Assembly: GCA_030390025.1 (NCBI GenBank)
Contig: CM059431.1
Span: 123,320,001 to 123,384,000 of the forward strand
Direction of reading: 5' to 3'
Length of the DNA: 64,000 nucleotides
Source: Squalus acanthias
Lineage: Eukaryota
This document shows, one piece after another, positions 61,543 to 64,000 of this stretch. Position numbers and translations under genes: made by a program. Under the pieces are notes generated by a model that did no database searches, was not told where the DNA came from, and saw only the letters and a program-made list of their open reading frames with translations. Each line of letters starts with the position of its first letter. The stretch's first letter is position 1.

Positions 61543-62256
61543 AGGCCTGAAATTCTGACAATGCCATTGTGCCGTTGGGACTGAGGCAGAACAGAACTTC
61601 TGCCCACTTTGAGGTCATGGTGCTGACACTGTTATAAATTGCAGGGTCAGCTAATTTAAATATACAAACAGTGTAAATACACCTCAGAGCATGATGGGGG
61701 TGGGGGGGCGGAGGGTGCAGATTGTGAAGAGGTGGGAGTTAGGCCCCAAATGAGCCATGATTGGATAGAAGAGTGGAGGGCCCGGTAAACACCCAGAGAG
61801 GGGGAGTGTATGGAGGGTGGGCAAGGGGTTGGATTAGAGTGAGGTGGAGAAGGGGCAAGTGGGCAGTGGGGGCTGGAAAATACCATGAGGAGAGGCAGAG
61901 ATCTGGTTTTATATCCTGTTGCTGCTTCATGGGACCGTGGCAGTACTGGAAGAAGGAGCAATTCTGAGCTAAAAGGCTGGCAGCCGGATTGAAGAAACAA
62001 GCAGCAAGCTTTAGGGAACCAGACAGACATGTCCGAATGGACATAGGAAGCAGAGGGAATAGGTTGTTCGGCGTTGAGGCAAGAGACCCACCAAGAATGT
62101 GATATGTATTTTGTGGAGGGAGGTGGTTTTGTACAGTGAGTGCTGTCTTTTTGATTCCCCAGGACTCTTTAAAAATACAAGAAGAAGGTTAATGATCTCA
62201 CCAGAGCAGCCACGGTAAGTTAACTACTCATCCTGGCCCTTCTTTGCAGTCTCTTT
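61543..62256 (+). mobile_element. Old Harbinger left end with a Myb exon-1 remnant
   Basis: Starts ggcctgaaattc. 62158-62220 reads PRTL*KYKKKVNDLTRAAT then GTAAGT, like RT..QCRKKFNDLTRVVR|gt. Confidence 0.55.
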
Positions 62257-62342
62257 TGTAAAGTTTCGCAATTATCGCGATTCAAAATAACACAAGAGAA
62301 GCAGATTCGTTTGATCAGTTTTATTAAACGAAATGCTGTCAT

Positions 62343-62718
62343 AGAGCAGAAACTGATAGCCAAGTTCCGCACTCATGAGGATGGCCTCAATCGCGATATC
62401 GGGTTCATGTCACGATACAGAACGTGACTTGACATCATGGCCGGTCTTTCCAGGTTTTTTTTAAACCCAAATGGAGAGGATATGCAGCCAGCAGGTGTTT
62501 TGACACGTTGGACCCCCTGGGACACATCTCATTGTCTTGGCTGTGCTCTTAGTGTGTCTTTGATGTAGGGAAAGATTTGAATACATTTTTTCTGTGTTTA
62601 TATTGTGAATTCTGGGAGATTCTCTCACAGCTACCCTACCTGAAGAAGGGGCGACAGCTCCGAAAGCTTGTAATTTTAAATAAATCTGTTGGACTATAAC
62701 CTGGTGTTGTGCGACTTC
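62343..62718 (+). mobile_element. Short Penelope-like insertion within the LTR
   Basis: IEQKLIAKFRTHEDGLNRDIGFMSRYRT* followed by the pLTR end (ctgttggactataacctggtgttgtgcgacttc). Absent from the LTR copy at ~1430. Confidence 0.88.
62637..62672 (+). ncRNA. Minimal hammerhead ribozyme motif
   Basis: TAC-CTGAAGA-A-GGGGC-GACA-GCTCC-GAAA-GC-TT-GTA. Confidence 0.7.
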
Positions 62719-64000
62719 TGATAATAAAGGACACAGAAGCCTGTAAAATGGCCGCTGAGCATCGTGGCAGAAGCTTCCAGAAACACAGTGGGCAGACAAA
62801 ATGGCATTGAATATACATTTAGTATAAGATTGGATCATACTCGGTAAACACTGATAAAGACAGGATGCAACCCGTTTGCATTTGGAACAATAGCAAAGAT
62901 ATAAGTGCTGGAATCAGTTTTCCTATGTACAGAAAGGATCATTGTACTGGGCAATCGAAGGCCCATCCAGACACATCAATACACAAATACCCCCCCGGCT
63001 CTACAATGAGAGAGACATTGACGGGTGATTAAGTCAGTATTCGGGGGCCCCCAAAACCAGTCAGTGAGACGATTCATACACATCCTGGCTGGGTCAACAA
63101 TGGGGAAAACATTAACGGATAGTTGGCCAGTTTCAGGTGCTACCGAAACCCGTTAAAGAAGACAACCGCCCCATGCTGGGAGTTTTGTGCGCCAATATTA
63201 CACAAAGGACAAACATTAAGATTCGAGCGGGAGATAAGGAGGACACATCACTATAACTATAGAGAACAAATTTCCATCGCTCTCTTATTCGCTTGCCTCT
63301 TCATGAACTCGCTTGACTTGTGGGCTCTTGATTTTCTCTCTGGACTTTGTTGACTCTTGACTTTAAGCCACACTGGTCGGTTATTCAAGTGTTGGGTGGA
63401 GCTCAATCGGAACGAGCCGCCCCGACAAGGGCAAGTAACAGGGTACACCATCCCGAGTGTCGGTAAACGGTGTCTGGACCCGGAGGCCCGAAGAGACGAG
63501 ACGAGACGAGAAGAAGACGAGAAGAATTCACGTGCCGCCACGGTCAGTAAACCCCGACCGCGCCCGAAAAATATAAATAAAGAACTTTTCTTTGAGTTCT
63601 CCCGACAACCTGTATCGAGCACAGGAAGACTCTTCTTTGAACTGTGTCCGAGGTCTGTCGAGTTCTTCATGACAACAGGGAGTCTGGCCTGCTTTTCGCA
63701 GCAGCGAAAGTAAACAAGTGGGGTGCAGAGACCCTTCCAAACACGTGACAGTCAGGCGCTGCAGCGAAACGAGCCGAGTGCCTCACTTTAAAATCTCCGA
63801 AATTAAACGAGTGGTGAGCATGATTTCCGATCCTACAAATCTAGACGTAGTGTAGGTATTATTAAGGGAGGGTGTTTTAATAAGGTTAAGATATAATGTG
63901 TTCCCCTTTCTACGATGTGCCGTGTGTTCTCCATTTTCCACAGACCAAGCTTTATGAATGTATGTATACTTGTACTATCGTTGATTTGCGCCTATGACAT

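Larger units (their letters stand above)
62257..64000 (+). mobile_element. Long LTR (solo or 5' LTR), runs off the right edge; inverted relative to 1-1519
   Basis: Starts TGTAAAGTTTCGC and is colinear with the reverse complement of 45-1519, apart from the Penelope insertion. Confidence 0.75.

Noticed and set aside
62163..62214. Apparent host exon (cag...GTAAGT)
   Set aside because: Better explained as the end of a decayed Harbinger Myb exon 1 (KKKVNDLTRAAT|gt).
1..64000. Giant DNA transposon or virus (Polinton/Teratorn-like) with kb-scale TIRs
   Set aside because: The sharp TG boundary is at the inner ends, the arms are clearly diverged, and the interior holds ordinary TE debris with no polB, integrase or capsid ORFs.

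Overview
Eukaryotic, almost certainly cartilaginous-fish (shark-like) genomic DNA. The basis is HE1/V-SINE, SacSINE1-type Deu-SINE, HER1/CR1, L2 and RTE repeats recognised from memory, not from a database search. No host protein-coding gene can be identified with confidence; the window is mostly nested transposable elements. Main items: (1) a complete, nearly intact 4.6-kb PIF/Harbinger transposon (2578-7212) with 12-bp TIRs, a CAT TSD, a spliced Myb/SANT gene and a convergent HARBI1-type DDE transposase, each broken by one 1-nt frameshift; (2) Penelope-like retroelement pieces carrying minimal hammerhead-ribozyme motifs, including an 853-bp fold-back insertion (26385-27237) with a perfect 13-bp TSD and a hammerhead on each strand; (3) two diverged copies of one long LTR at the window ends in inverted, outward-pointing orientation, plus a solo LTR at 47998-49358; (4) several non-autonomous Harbinger and Tc1/pogo MITE families; (5) CR1, L2 and RTE LINE fragments, including a CR1 with an esterase ORF1 and an internal deletion. 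Most ORFs in the supplied track are spurious or are TE remnants. Coordinates of old repeats are approximate.
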